A stretch of DNA of 64,000 nucleotides from assembly GCF_009914755.1 (NCBI RefSeq), contig NC_060932.1; one strand, given 5' to 3'. Position 1 is the first letter of the stretch. Each line of letters begins with the position of its first letter. The translations under genes and the position numbers were made by a program. Positions 39,221-56,319 of this stretch are shown here, in pieces. The stretch is from the human T2T-CHM13v2.0 reference genome, Homo sapiens. The notes below the pieces were generated by a model, which was not told the origin of the DNA, ran no database searches, and saw only the letters and a list, made by a program, of their open reading frames with translations.

Positions 39221-42200
39221 AACAAAAATGGCAGACTGCTTTTTTTTTTATCTAATAGAACTATTTACACTTAAAATCTTTATCCTTAGTGAGAACTGTG
39301 GGAATAGAGGAAACAGAGGGAGGGGCAGGTGATCCAATATATTAAAGAGGTGAAATTTGGCATCAATGAGCCTCCACCATAAAAGAATGTGAAAATTGCT
39401 ATTCCCAGATGCCAACATCTAACTAAAGCCTTGCTTTTCTACTGGGAATTAGTTCAATTTTTTTAGAGAAGAACAAACAATAATTTTTGTTTTGCTTTGT
39501 TTTGGTTTTTGGTTTGGGGGGTTGCATGATTATTATTTTCTTGGATGATTATTATTATTTGCTTGTAATTGTTCCTGCTGTTTGTTTCCCAATATCTCAA
39601 ACGGAGATATTTGGCTGCACAGGAGAACAACATATGTAGCTGTTTCATACATGGAGCTTACATTGGGTTTTGTTTTCAGTCATATCTTTTATTTCTACCC
39701 TTGGACTCCCTGAAGTTTTTGTTATTCTTTTTATTTCTGCCAAATCTCCCACCAATTTCGTAGTCACCTTATAGCATATTTTAGACTCTGGTTTTCTGCC
39801 TGTTACGTTTTAAAATGGAGCAGTAAACACAATTATGACCACATAACTAAGTTAAAATTGAGTCAAAAAGTGTGCTAAGATTAGGTTTTAGATTTTTTTT
39901 TACTTTCAGGGACCAATGTTGTGAACTTCCCATCACCTATCTTCATCTTCATCCCAAAATAGCACACCCTTTCTTGGTTATTATGTACTTCTTTTGTGTT
40001 CTGCTAAACTATTATATACTATACTTATGCTTTCAAAATAATTCATTTATATATAATTAAGTTTTGTGTAAATATTTAACATATAAATATTTAGTAGAAT
40101 CTCTGAAAGGAGTGAAGGCAAAAACTTTCCTGACCCATAATAATTACATACCTAGAGCATCACAAAATCTATGATCAATGAATGGATTCTGAATTCTTTG
40201 ATAACATGTCTTTAATTTTTAGGATTTAAAGTACCTCCTTTAAAGCACCAGACCAGTAGTCAATTATTATGATACTCACCTCTGATATTGTCTTATCCCT
40301 GAGTGTGTAATAAACTTCTGGTCCCTGGAATTTCTCTTCCCTCATAAAACTGTTTCTCAATGTATCATTTTGTGATGACTTTTTTTTCTGAGCTTCCTTT
40401 ACCTACCCAATAGGTACACATTTTTTCCCAAGATGCTACAACAATACCAGACAATTCCAGATATTCCCACCTTCCACTTGTGATCTGTAAAATATATATA
40501 CTGGTTGGTTATGTGCAATGTTTTATGCCCTATGCCCTTTCACTGGTGATGTTTTAAAGCAAGCATTGTAGATGACCATGAATTATAGCAGACAGGTTCC
40601 CAGTCCTATGCTGTTTCCTAATGTACATTTTTTCTCTTGTCACAACTAGGAAAGTCACGTTTCAGTGTTTTGGTTTTGGTGAATGCCCACAACAAGGCTA
40701 GTGAAGGAAGGAGGCATAGTAGGAAGCTGTTGGCCAGACGAGCTTTTAGAAGACCCTTGCTACATAGAGAGGACGTAGAAAATGTCTTTATCATTAGGTG
40801 AGAAACATGAACTGCATTCTTTGTTGCGTCATATTAAAATGTAAATCACAAGAATAAATTATAAAAATAAAACCTAACCAAAACACAAACAGGAGGAGGT
40901 AACAGAGGACAGAACAGAGTTCCTAGAAAATTATATTACAGGACAGACATACAAGTACCCAAGAGAAAGCAAAATTCTAAAAGTCTCTTAGCCAAGTGTA
41001 GAGCACAAAAGTTCTCCTCAGTTCATGCACTTTCGAGGCATGTCAGTTGGAAAAAGAGCATGCTATAGGAGACAGTTTTATTGTGTTTTGTGCAGTGACC
41101 TTTTAAAAGGGAAAGGTCCTTTCTGAGATATTTTGAGTTCACTCATGCATCTGTCATAGAATTTGCTTGGAACGAAGTGTGCCTGTCACCCCAACCTTTC
41201 TTCAGAGCAGAGCCTGCTTCCTCATGGGAAGAATGATGTTTTAAGAGTGTCATTCAGATGGAACAGAAAGAGGTCTTCTCCAGGTTTGTCTTGCTACTGA
41301 ATCAAGAGGATCTCCTGGATTTTGAAAAGTATATTAAATTTTTTTTCAGACGTCAGAGTTGGGGGGAACTAGTTTTGTTTAGCTTTATACAAATTTCTAG
41401 CATTACTTGTACGGATATGCTGGAGATTCTGCTGCCTCTTGCAATCTGACAGCCTCATGGAGAGTTGAATAAATGGTCATTGCCTGGGTAAGTGAGGGCT
41501 CTTTCTAAAGTGTTCAAGAGTAGGTCACATAGAGAGGAGTGCCTTCTTCCTGCATTTTTTCAAGTACCTGTTTTCCCCTATTTTATTCTTTTGGAAGGGA
41601 TTGATTTTATGGTAGTCCCTTTCTTTTCTCACCTCTTGACAGAATGTTTTTCTAAATGATTCCTTCAGATTATTCTTTAGGTCCCATTAAAAGAAACATG
41701 CTGGTTCTTCATTCTCATTCTGTCTTTATGCTTAATGCAGATATAATTCATATTTGTTTTATCAAAGTCATTTGATAACCTCTTCAATGACAAATCCCTG
41801 ATTACAGATGTATTCTCTTTTGGTAACCCACAGGGGTTGAAATTGCTCTAATTTTTGGTACTGTGTATTAGGTTGAGATTAAAAAAAACTTTGAGGACAA
41901 TCTTTTCCTTATTTAATATCTGGAGAAAAAATACTACATGTGAGAAAGGTGGAAAAAGGATGTTGCACTGTATGTAATAAAAGCTATGAATTTTGGCACT
42001 TTTGTAAACTGTAAAGATGTAAATGTTCCTTAATTATTTTCAGTAGTCAGACTTATGTTTCTTCCAGTTGTATTTCCAGGCTGAGACAATACAAAAGATG
42101 GACAGCTCTAAGTTGATTATCAAGCTTTAAATATGTTTCACTTGATTAAGAACATTGAAGGTGAGAATGGAATTATGTAGGCTTCATTGAGTATCCGTAA

Positions 42201-42382
42201 AGTTGGGAACAATGATATACAACACAGAAAAGAAGCTCCATAAGAAAACAGCTGCAACTAACCCATCTGGAAAGAGACCTCAATCAAAATGATACTTAGC
42301 GAAAGAAAAATACTTTCAGTGATCAAATTATTTGTCTGACCAATGCTTGGTGGAAAGATTCCACATTACTAGTTATTTGTAA

Positions 42383-42514
42383 TGGGTAATTGCACAATAT
42401 ACTGTATTGTTCAATCTGGTGTGAATGAAAGTGGGGAGATCTTGACAATTGTCTTGGAACAATAGATGTAAAATTGAGACTATTCTGGGAAAACCAGGAT
42501 GTTTGGGCCCCCTG
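42383..42514. mobile_element. MER94-like hAT-Blackjack MITE
   Basis: About 130 bp; gaatgaaagtgggg...gaacaatagatgtaaaattgagactattctgggaaaaccaggatgtttgggccccct. Confidence 0.6.
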
Positions 42515-42819
42515 GTAATAGTCTAATCATTATACATCTGTGCTATAAGCACACAAATAACATCTAGTAATGAAAGAAACATTCAGCTAAGAAAACTTGC
42601 AGTCAAAAACTTTTGATAAAGCTGTGAAGACTTGTTAGGTCATGTATTAATTTAAGATCTTTAAGATGGAGAGCATCCCATCAATGATTAGGAGAAACAC
42701 ACACATTTTATATTGTGTTTAATACATTTTTTTATGTTTAATAAAAAACATATCACCTACCCTACAACTCATAATTAACTTATATAAAGTTTTTTTTGTT
42801 TAATAAACATTTCATATTG

Positions 42820-43220
42820 TGTTTAATAAAACGCAAACATTTTATTACTTACAGGTCCTGGGTGGGGGCAGTACGTGGCATGCCTGGAGATGACACACAA
42901 GGAGATCAGGAAGTGTGGGCAGGGAGAATGTGGACCTGGGTCACTTGTATTTATTGGAGTCCAGGGTGAGAAACCTAAGTGTCATGGGACGAGGGGAGCA
43001 ATTGGGCAGTTTAAAACAAGCAGGCACAAAATTTCAAACAACCCAACATTAAAAACCCTTTCTGGCAAAGAAATGTTATCTAGAAATCTAGCTGACCCAA
43101 AGGCTGAGTGTGTGGATTTGGGGTAAGAGCTATCTTGCCTCACCAGAGCAACAAAAAGGAGAAGTCATCGGCTAAGCTAGATAGCCAAACAAAATGGATG
43201 CTGAGGCAACATTAAATTAT
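42820..43220. mobile_element. Probable old ERVL LTR (MER54/MER74-like)
   Basis: ttattacttacaggtcctggg...gtacgtggcatgcctgg...tggacctggg...tttattggagtccaggg motif series. Confidence 0.4.
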
Positions 43221-44148
43221 AAGAATTATAAGGTCAAGATGGGACGGAGATTCTGGACCTGGTACAAGGAAGTGCTGCAATGAATAGCAGGGAGTTAGGG
43301 CAGACTACTTCCAGTGTCCTGAGTTTTCAGGTTTCATTTGGCTATCAAAACCATTTGTTCCCTAGACTGTGATTTGACTGGTGATGCTGGCTGGCAGTGC
43401 CCCTACTGATGACTTAGCAGATGACTCTGAGCTGACAATTTGCCATCCTTCAGCTGTCTTGGTAGGAGGGATTCAGTTACCAGCATGCACAGCACAGAGC
43501 AGAATCCAACCTCATAGATTTTCAAAAACTTATCGCTAAAGTCTATTATTAACAGCTTGGTAAGAAAAGTCTTTTTCATTGAGAAATGTATAGATTATTG
43601 TGAAGGAAAAGTATTTGCTAAGACCAGACTGGCTGAAGCTAATCCTTTTGGGAATAGCCTTACCAATTTGGGGGAAATGACTCATTTACTTATAAGCTAT
43701 ACCTGTCAGCTTCCCTTTACTACCTTTGACAGCTCTTAAACCAGCAGTATAAGAACTGCTAGTGAAAAAATAAACATTAGTATAAAACTTTATGTACCTA
43801 TTACATAACAGTCATATATTAGGTGTCCATTTTAAGTACAGATACTGAAATAGCAAAATAATTTATTGGAGAAACTCAAAATGCTATAGAAAAATTTGAC
43901 TTGGAAAGCACCACAAATGTACATGATACAAGTAAACTTGAAGAAACCAATTACATTGGGGGATAGTCTTGTTTTCTGTTATTCTGTGGACTTGCTTTAT
44001 TAATATACGGAATTTAGAGTTTCTTATATTTAAAAAATATGAAAATGCACATAATCATTCCCAGGCTGCTCCTGATCCTTTAGTGATGATTCCTACAGAA
44101 AAAAAAAAGTGCTTGGGATGGGGAAGAACTTTGCGGCCATCGATTTTT

Positions 44149-46595
<2,447 letters not shown>

Positions 46596-47084
46596 TCACC
46601 TTTGGAAGTTACTACCAAGCATTTGACTTTTGGAAGACTCTTTACACAGCAAGAGATCTCCTCCACCTTTGAGGTGAGGACATTAAACTTGGTTTAAAAA
46701 ATTACTTTTCCAAGTACATTAACTATGTCTTATATATTATCCATACACGATTACTAAGAAAATATAAACATTTTTTCATATACTGGTTAATTGGCTTTAA
46801 AGAAAAAAATCCCCTTTTTAATCCCATCAGGATTTAGTTTGACAAATTTTTCAGAAACTTATAAAGATGAAAACACCTGGATGTATTTCTCTGTAAACTT
46901 TGGCTGTTAGCATCCTTTTTCAATGCTTGTGTAGTTTTTCAGAACAGAACCTAACCTTCAAGATGAGTCATTTGTTCCCAAACTTGAATTGTCATGAAAC
47001 ACTCCTTGGGTTTCCCTCCCGTGCTGAATATGATTTCTAAGAATGGGATGGCATGGTTACTGTATAAAGATCATTTGTTCTACA

Positions 47085-47225
47085 GGTCAGAAGGCCTGAG
47101 TTCTCATCATTAATTAACTTTGTGATGTATGTTGGGTAAATCACTTAACCTCTACAGTTTTATCTTCTGTAAAATATGAAAGAAAGACTTTGAGCTAAAG
47201 TTTGTTTCTACTGTAAGAACATGAG
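47085..47225 (+). mobile_element. MIR fragment
   Basis: gtcagaaggcctgagttc...ttgggtaaatcacttaacctctacagtttt atcttctgtaaaat. Confidence 0.6.
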
Positions 47226-49194
47226 ATATTTTATCTTGGTGACATCATGGCTTATGGGCAGGCTGAGGTGGGATTAGTAATTGCAAAAGCAGTGGTCATA
47301 AGGTGAAGAAACCTGGACATGATTTCAGACTTAACCTGGGAAATAAAATCAGGGAATGTGGACAAAGTCAGACACTACTTTAGCACAGGATGAGATGCCA
47401 GAAGATGATGGATCCAACAAAGACATGCATGAAAGGCCACGGGGCTGTTTCTGGGCTTAAACAAGCTAGTCTTAATTAGGAGAAAAAGCGGAGGGACTGG
47501 AGGAGTGGAGGAGAGGAAGTCAATAGTGATGCAGTACTTCCATCCTAGAGGGTTTCTTCGAGAGCCAAGAGTTCCAATCTGTGCATGGCATTACCCCTTC
47601 TGAGGTAAAAGAAAAAGTCCTCTACAAAAACCTGACAGTATTCTGCCCTCAAGCCCCTTGTTAACCAGGCCAAGGTGAGGCATGGGTTTCATGCCCTACT
47701 GATAGCAGTGCAAGCTGTCTTGTTATGAGTATTGATATCGAAGTATGCTTTTAAATCATATTTCACTCTGACACCCTTAGCTACGTAACTAAGTCTTAGT
47801 GCTATTGCCAGTGGTCCAATCTAAATGATGTAGTAGAGAATCTAGTTCATTACTCTGAGCTGGGACTCTGATGAAGATGTAGGGTGACACACTGTCTTTG
47901 TGAAGAAGGCATGTGTGGAATACTTGGTGTCTTTGGTGAGATGGCAGAACTTAAACCGTGAGGAGGATGGCAATCATGAGGAATGGTATCAGGAAGTTTT
48001 TCCAGCTTGATAGATGGGAAGGAAAGCAGAATGGCAGGAAGGGGGCCAGGTGCTATCTCCTTGAAGGAGGGATGAACCGTCCTCAGGGTCTGTCTGCTCA
48101 CAGGCAGGAGACTTATACCAGAACTGTGTTTACTGGAAGTCTTTTAGAGTTCAAAGTGAACTTATCTGAGTTTGACAAATAATCCCCTACAGCAAGACAA
48201 AGAGTAGTAGATGAATTATACATTTGGATACTGTTGGAAAGGGAGAGGTAAAATCCAAGTTGGAATAAAGCATATGTTATGGGAGATCATCAATATCATT
48301 GAGCACGGGCTTTGAGGATTAGAGTTATGATGAAGTATAATAGTACAGAATCAGCTTGAGACACAGTCTTATGTTTGTTTTGGTCATCTGCCTAGAAGTA
48401 AGGTGCAGAAAATGCTTATACTTTGAAAAGTCGTGAATTAAATAGAACTTTCTAGCAATGGTTGATGAACTGGGTGGGTGTCAAAAATCAAGACTTCATG
48501 ATTGGGAAGCTGTGGGGATGGGGAATTTTCTTGGAAAAGAGAGAGACTCTAAATGGTGCTAGTGGGGTGGCCTAAGCCCTGACAGTGGAATGGGACCTTT
48601 TTGGAAGACTGCACCTCGGGGTAAGGATGCTTGTGACCCTGAGACTAGCATCAACCCATGATAGAACCCAAGGGTGCAGAAACCTATGATAGAAAGCAAG
48701 GGTACCAAAACCTTGAGGGTGTTGGCAGACTGAGGGGCACTCAGTCCACCCAGGGACATCCTTCACCTGAGAATGACTTTTCTAGATCTCCCTGCAGTGG
48801 TTTTGAGAACCTGAGTCCTAGTTGAGCCTTCTGTGATGCCTTCCAAGTCCTAGCAGTGTGGCGTGCCCACACATCTTTCTCAACAAAGGATGCAGAAATA
48901 GGAATGTAATTAGAGCAGTTCATCCTCGGTAGAGAGTCCTTTGTGGTTCCCAGCTGGGCAGTAGTTTAAAGGATAGCCCTGTGAATCTACTCAAATAGTA
49001 TCTTTATTTAAGATGTCAGTAAAAGGTAGTAAACTTGAGAATCTCTGAGAAGCATTGATCCACAGTGGAAATTACATGTATTTAAGTATGAAGGTAGTAA
49101 ATATATATTAACAACACATTATATGCCAGATACTGTCCTGGGTATGAGCTATAGCTGGAAGTCAGAGCGGTACAAAATCTACCATGGGGGAGTT

Positions 49195-49415
49195 TAAGAC
49201 CAAGTTTTCAAGCCAAACGGAACTGGATTCTACTAATTTCCAGACTGATGCCTTGGAGAGGTTACATGAATTTTTCTGAATGTCCATTTTCTCATATATT
49301 AAATGACCATTATAACCTTGCTCTGTAAGACTGCTTGTTAGATGATATAATATCTTTCAAATATCTGTTAAAGTGCCTAATAATAGCATAGTAGCTACTC
49401 AATAAGTAGCCATAA
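49195..49415 (+). mobile_element. MIRb-like fragment
   Basis: ccttggagaggttacatgaatttttctgaatgtccattttctcat...agtgcctaa...tactcaataag. Confidence 0.55.
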
Positions 49416-49544
49416 TTGTTTTAACAAATGAAATTTAGACTCCTAGGAAAATTAGAAAGTACTGCACTGGCTTTCCTGTTTTCCTAATGGCCATGATTAT
49501 TTATCCAGTGACTCAGTGCAGATTTTGATTTATTTTCCTCTTCA

Positions 49545-50241
49545 TAGCCACCCTATCAAAAAGTCCTGCTACTGTTATTTCTACTTCAAAATGCATCTCA
49601 AATCTATTCACCTCTCTCTGTTCCCATCTGTATCACCCTAGTCCAAGCTCTCTTACTCCCTAGAGCAATAGCCGGTAACCATGTGCTTACAACACATTCT
49701 CTGCAAAGGCAGCAGAGTGTATTTTTTACAGCATATATCAGACCATAAGGGCCTCTTGCTTATAAAGGACCAGTGGATTTTTATTGCATTTACTATCCAA
49801 ATCTGAAGTTGCCATCATAACCAGACTTCTCTCATTCTCTTCCATGTCTTCTGGTATCACATTCCTGCACTAACCTCTACACCCTGCGTCCTCCCACCTC
49901 ACCTCAGCTTCACCGTGTTCTCAGTTTCCAGCACGCACCAAGCTCTGTGCCACTTCGAGGCCTCACACCTGCTGATCTCTCTGCCTATGATTCTCTTCTC
50001 TATGCTCTTTGCTGAACCACCTCCTTCTTATCCTTCTGCCCTCAGCCTTACCTCAACCAGCCCATCATTCTCTCAGCCTCCACCGTAGCACTTCTCATGA
50101 CTGGTGCTTGCTTATTTACATGTTTTCTCTTGCGCATTGGCCACCACAAAGGTAAATTCTTATCTGTTGTGTGTTCACCTTGGAATTTCCCATCCTTAAC
50201 TCGATAGGAGGCTCTTATTAAATATCTTTTTAAATAAATGA
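49545..50241 (+). mobile_element. L2 (L2a/b-like) 3' portion
   Basis: ttctacttcaaaatgcatctcaaatctattcacctctctc...catatatcagaccat...ctctgcctatgattctcttc...ttattaaatatctttttaaataaatga. Confidence 0.7.
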
Positions 50242-50707
50242 TATTTTCATGATAGATAATTGCAGATTACTTGATTGTTCAGTTGTTAACTCTGTGCAGT
50301 CGTAGAGTATTCTGGTTTTAAAGATTAGCACTTGGTTTATATGTGAATGAACTTTCAAAATTAGACACGGTCTTCTCAGTTTTCTTGTCAAAGACTGTTT
50401 CTAAAGATTTGCATGAGCTAGTCTGGTCCTGGCTATCTTCCTATCAGGGATGCATTCCTGTATTGGTAGATTCTGTAGATTAACTTTCTAAATCATTCAT
50501 GGCCCTTCCTTCTGCGCCGTTAACTAGGAAGTATAAAGTACTTTAGAACATTTCATTATTAGTATTCCCAATATGACCGTGGAAATGTGGGCAGTGGGAT
50601 GAGGCAATCAAACTGAGGTTTTCTTTCATGATAACTATTTTTGAAAACTACCTGCAGTGAGAAAGAATTCTCAAGCAGGTGCAGTGGTGTTTGAGAGAAG
50701 CATAAAT

Positions 50708-50862
50708 GGAGTGGTTGAGCCCAGACCTTGGAGTCAAATAAACCTAGGTTTGCATCTCAGCTCTGTTGCTTACAAGCTATGTATTTAAACTCTCTGATCT
50801 CCAAAGTGGTTTTGGTGATTCAATTAGATCATTCATACAATGAGAGTCTTAACAAATGGTAA
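50708..50862 (+). mobile_element. MIR fragment
   Basis: gtggttgagcccagaccttggagtcaaataaacctaggtttgcatctcagctctgttgcttac. Confidence 0.7.
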
Positions 50863-53800
50863 GCATTTTTAACTTTTAGAAAAACACAAGGCAGTTAGTA
50901 GACGAAGTGTATGAGGACATTGCTAGCTTAATATAAGGTTCTTTAAGGGTAAAATAAAGAGAAAGGGAAGAAAGGCAGAGTTCTTTCTTTTTTAACTTCT
51001 TAAACCTTTTCTTATGAAAAGATATGCCACATAACCATAATTCATCCTGGCAATTAGGTAAACAGTATACAGAATATGACTCTCGCCATTAAATAAACTT
51101 AAGCAAGGTATCTTTATCCTGAAGGAATTCTTAGAGATTTCATCATGAGTAAGCACTTTTCAGTATAGAATTGCCAAAATACAAAAGAACACCAGAGAAC
51201 CACTCTAACTTCTAAAAAAAAAAAGAAACCCAAAACCTTGTGATTGAAAAAAAAAAAAAAAGTAAGAAAAAGAGGCCCTTAGTCATTCTGTTCCCTTTTG
51301 GGCCTCTATCTTTCATTTCCTCTGGGGAAATAAAGTTATAAACTGTGCTGGCAGTAATCTAGGGTGATGCCAAGTCAGTTACCCACCCCCAACTCCATGT
51401 CTCCAAAAGATTCTTTACCACCCTTTGACTCTAATTAAAGAAAACAAATGTTTCCAGTTTTCTATCATGTACCTTTCCACTCTGAATTATAGAATAGCTT
51501 TCTTGAAATTCTTTTAATTGTTTTTTACAAAGGATTAGCATTAAATTCATAGATAAAAATAAATTAGTAATAGTGATCAAAATGACCTAACTCCACTTTG
51601 TTTTTACTTTTCTTCTGGGTAGGAGGGCAAATAACATAACTGCTTATATGGTGATTTATTTTAAATTGAATCTGAATTTCTATTTCTTAAGGCCTCATTG
51701 GCTTCATGGCAAATAAGAGAGTTTTAAAGAATTTATTGTGTTAATTTCTGAAAAACCAGGAGTTTACTGTTGACAATAATGGCACAAATTACAACTCCTA
51801 CACAGCTCTACCCCCTCCACTTTTGAGTTTCAAGACTTTTGCCAAAGTTTTCTGGTCTTTGTTCACTTCTATTATTAACATCTCTTGTGTGAAGGGGAAT
51901 TTTGAATGAATGGGATGAAATCATCTAAACCAGCTTCGGTCCTAAATATAGTGTCTGGCATCAGGTCTGGGAAAAAAAAAAATTGGTCAAAGAGATAGCC
52001 TGAGGTTATTTTTAGGAAGTTGGATGTTTAGGGAAATTAATACTATGAAAGTTCTGGCCTCTATCTCTGAAGATATTCCATTGAGAGATACATGCATGCA
52101 TTCAACATCTCGTTTTTTTCCATTCCTGCCCTTCGGGTGTTCCGCGTCATTCACTATCTTGTCATTACAGCATTAAGCAGAAGCTTGAGGCAGAAGATAG
52201 CTAATGCAACGTTTCCATTTGGTCCTGTAATTTTTCTGCACAGAGCTTTATAGGATTTCATTTCAGGTTAATAAGGGGAAGTTGGAACCGAGGAGAAAGC
52301 TTATGCTCTGCCAACATATACTGAGGATTACTAAACTTGGAGGTAGAAAATAGAACACAGGAATAAAAATGGAAAAGTCCTGGCAGATTTCTCCGTAGCA
52401 GACTTCATCCTTAAAAAGCAGAATTCCATCCAGCTCTTCTTGGTGGCATAATTCCTTATCATGGAATTATAAGATAAATGCTCTGTTTTTATGCGTCTCT
52501 CTTTTCTAAAGTTGAATTGAGTGTCTGAAAGACAGATGATGTGTCTAATACCACCGTTGTTTTACAGAAGGGAAATCTAAGAAAACTATAGCTACCCTCC
52601 TGGGAAAACATATCTAGGCATTTGCTAACAGTCATTTAGGCTGCATCTATGCACTTCCACACAGAAGGATAAATGTCACATGTTCGTTGAATGATCCAGA
52701 TGTTTCAAATATACAGTTGTTTTATATTTGGTAAACAATGCAGTTAGGTCATGTAAATTTTAATTTTTCATTTGGAGTTTATCCCTATGCAGGCAATCAT
52801 AGATTAGAAAGTTATGTTTTTCATGTCCTACCTCTTTGAATTGTCAGGTTCTTTTAAATGCTGTTATGCAGCAATAAATAATATTTTATCCATAATCAAG
52901 GTGGATGACTTACTGGATATCAGATATTATTATTAACAAAAAGTTTACTACATTGTACAAATATCACTAGACAAAGACAACCTCTAGAAAGTTAATTAAG
53001 GTAACTAAGGTTCTCAACTGCAACCACAAAACTTTCACAGTTAATAATAATTTCACAGTTATTAACATAACTTTTTGAAGAGGTACTATACTAAACCAAG
53101 GATGCTAAATATAACTTATTAATTTCTGTGATGGCTTCTGGGGATATCAATATTGGTATACTTTCCTCACTGCAATGAAGACACTTCTGCATCTACTTTT
53201 GAGATTTTTTTGGTCATCTTTCTAGCAGCCAGCTGTCACCTCTTGCTGCTGTAACAGTTCCTAGTAATAGTTCCCTTATTCTTCAAACCTGATGTTAGCA
53301 GGGAGGTCAGATACTCAAGCATGATTAGAATTGTAGAAGCTTGAGCCTCATATTTAAATGTGTGTAAATATATGTTTGAAAAAGAATTAATGAGCTCTTA
53401 ATTGCAGATCAAAGGATATGGTTTGATAGTGAAGTGGCCCAATGAAAGTTGTTTGAATTTTCCTTTTGTCTTTCTGTAAATGGAACTGTGTTCTTGAAAG
53501 CCTCTACGTCTTTATCTTGTTCCTCAAGATTCTTAGGGCAGTGCGTGTGGGTCAGGGGTAGTAGGTATGTCTGGGAATTAAGAGTATCTAGTTGATTTAG
53601 TAGCTATATTTCTCTTCTTTAGCCTGTTTATTGGGAAATGAAAGACAATTTAGGCTATTTCATTTTCAGTCAGTGTCTGTTATGAATTCATTGGAAACAG
53701 CAATGTGAAAAGAGGAATGAATATTGTAGATTTCTTTCATTGTCATATTTGTAAATTACTGGGTGGGATTTATAAACAAATTATTGACTAATTATGAACA

Positions 53801-53877
53801 AACTGTTGTTTTTTTCTTTTCAATCAATATGAACAATCAAGTGACCTAACACATTTAATTTTAAAAATAGATTTGAA

Positions 53878-54112
53878 AGGTATATAGTAGTTAAAACAAG
53901 GCCCCTTGATTCAGATTGCCTGAGTTCATATCTCAAATAGGCTACTTTTTTGTGGTGTGCCTTTAGGCAGGATGCCTCAGTTTCCTCATATGTAAAAAAG
54001 AAATGTTAATAGCAGCTTACCTTGTGGGGTTGTTGTGAGTGGGTCAAATGACCTACTATGTGTAACGCACTAGAGCAGTGCTTGGCTGGAGTAAGCTCCA
54101 TGTAAATGTTAG
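53878..54112 (+). mobile_element. MIRb
   Basis: tcagattgcctgagttc...gcctcagtttcctcatatgtaaaa...gggttgttgtgag...agagcagtgcttggc...taaatgttag. Confidence 0.8.
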
Positions 54113-54446
54113 TCCTTGAATGAAAGTAGAGCTCTGGTAGAGATATTCCATAAAGACAACCTTAAACATTTTTGAACCTTTTATGCCTCCAAAATATACA
54201 CTTCCAAACTCTTCTATCACTGACCATATTACTTATACCCTAACAAGGAAGTTATTAAGAATCATACCAGAGTAACAGGAATAAATCATGCCAGTCAGGA
54301 AAAGGGGTACATTGGTTATTCTATTTATAACATTACTTGAGTATTTATAACAACAAGTAAACAAAACGTTTTTTAGAAAAAGAAGAGATTACTGTGTTGT
54401 ACAAATATTACTAGATGGGTAATTTCTCTCCTTTTTTTCCAATGTA

Positions 54447-55006
<560 letters not shown>

Positions 55007-55485
55007 GTATTGTTATTGTCATGTCTTTTATTCTCCCCTGTTCTTTTCTGCCTAAATGCCTTAGGTACTTCTTTACAGAGTTAGATAGCATTTACCATTG
55101 ATACCACCCAGAGTGGTGTGGTTTGCTTCTTCTGACCCTTTCATGAGCAAAGCTGGTTTCAGGGGAAACTCAGGGATCTGAACAGTTAGTAACACTGATT
55201 AGAAATGCAGCAGTTTTATTCAGGCCTTGGTTTTATTGACCATTTTTGGTTGGCTCTTATCTCTGTGACTGATCATGTATGCGTATTTCAAATGGATAAA
55301 TAAACTAAAAAGTGTTTAATACTCCAAAATGATTAGAAGTGTATTGTTAAATACCAAAAAGAAAATAATTCTGGGGTGTTTCAGGCATGTTATTCTGTTA
55401 ACGTAGTTCACGTTGAGTGTTTGTATTCATTTGTTGTTTGTTTGTTTGTAAGTAACAGGTTTTGACTAAAATTCCACGGACTGTG

Positions 55486-55678
55486 GAACAACACACACTG
55501 GGGTCTATCGGAGGGTGGAAAGTGGGTGGAGGGAGTGGGTCAGGAAAAATAACTAATGTATACTAGGCTTAATACCTGGGTGATAAGATAGTCTTTACAA
55601 CAAACCCCCATGACACAAGTTTACCTATATAACAAACCTGCCATTGTACACCTGAACTTAAGTAAAAAAAAAAAAAAA
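55486..55678 (+). mobile_element. L1PA11-13-like 3'-end fragment with poly(A)
   Basis: gaacaacacacactgggg...caggaaaaataactaatg...caaacccccatgacacaagtttacctatataacaaacctg...A-tail. Confidence 0.88.
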
Positions 55679-56028
55679 TTAAGTCATGTAGATGCGTACT
55701 TTGAGGTACAACCACGTGAATGATTGTGCCAAATTATTATGACAGAAAAGTCTATTGTTGATTTAGAAAAAGAATTAACACTGGGCATCATTTGAATAAT
55801 GGGCTTTATAAAGAACTGCACATATTGGTTACTGGTAGTAAAATTCACAGAATGTTAGATATAAAAAGTCCTAAAGGGTACAAGGAAAACTTGGTTTGTC
55901 CTAGGTCAACTAGTAAGATTAATCTACAACCCAGGCTTCTGACTCTATTTCAACATTCTTCTCATAATGTCATTGAGGTTACACTTAATAAACAACGTTA
56001 AACACTCTCTCTTTTAAAAAAAATTGTT

Positions 56029-56319
<291 letters not shown>

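Noticed and set aside
43677-43685. Isolated AP-1 sites (ATGACTCAT here; ATGAGTCAT at 46963-46971)
   Set aside because: Single short motifs are expected by chance in 64 kb.
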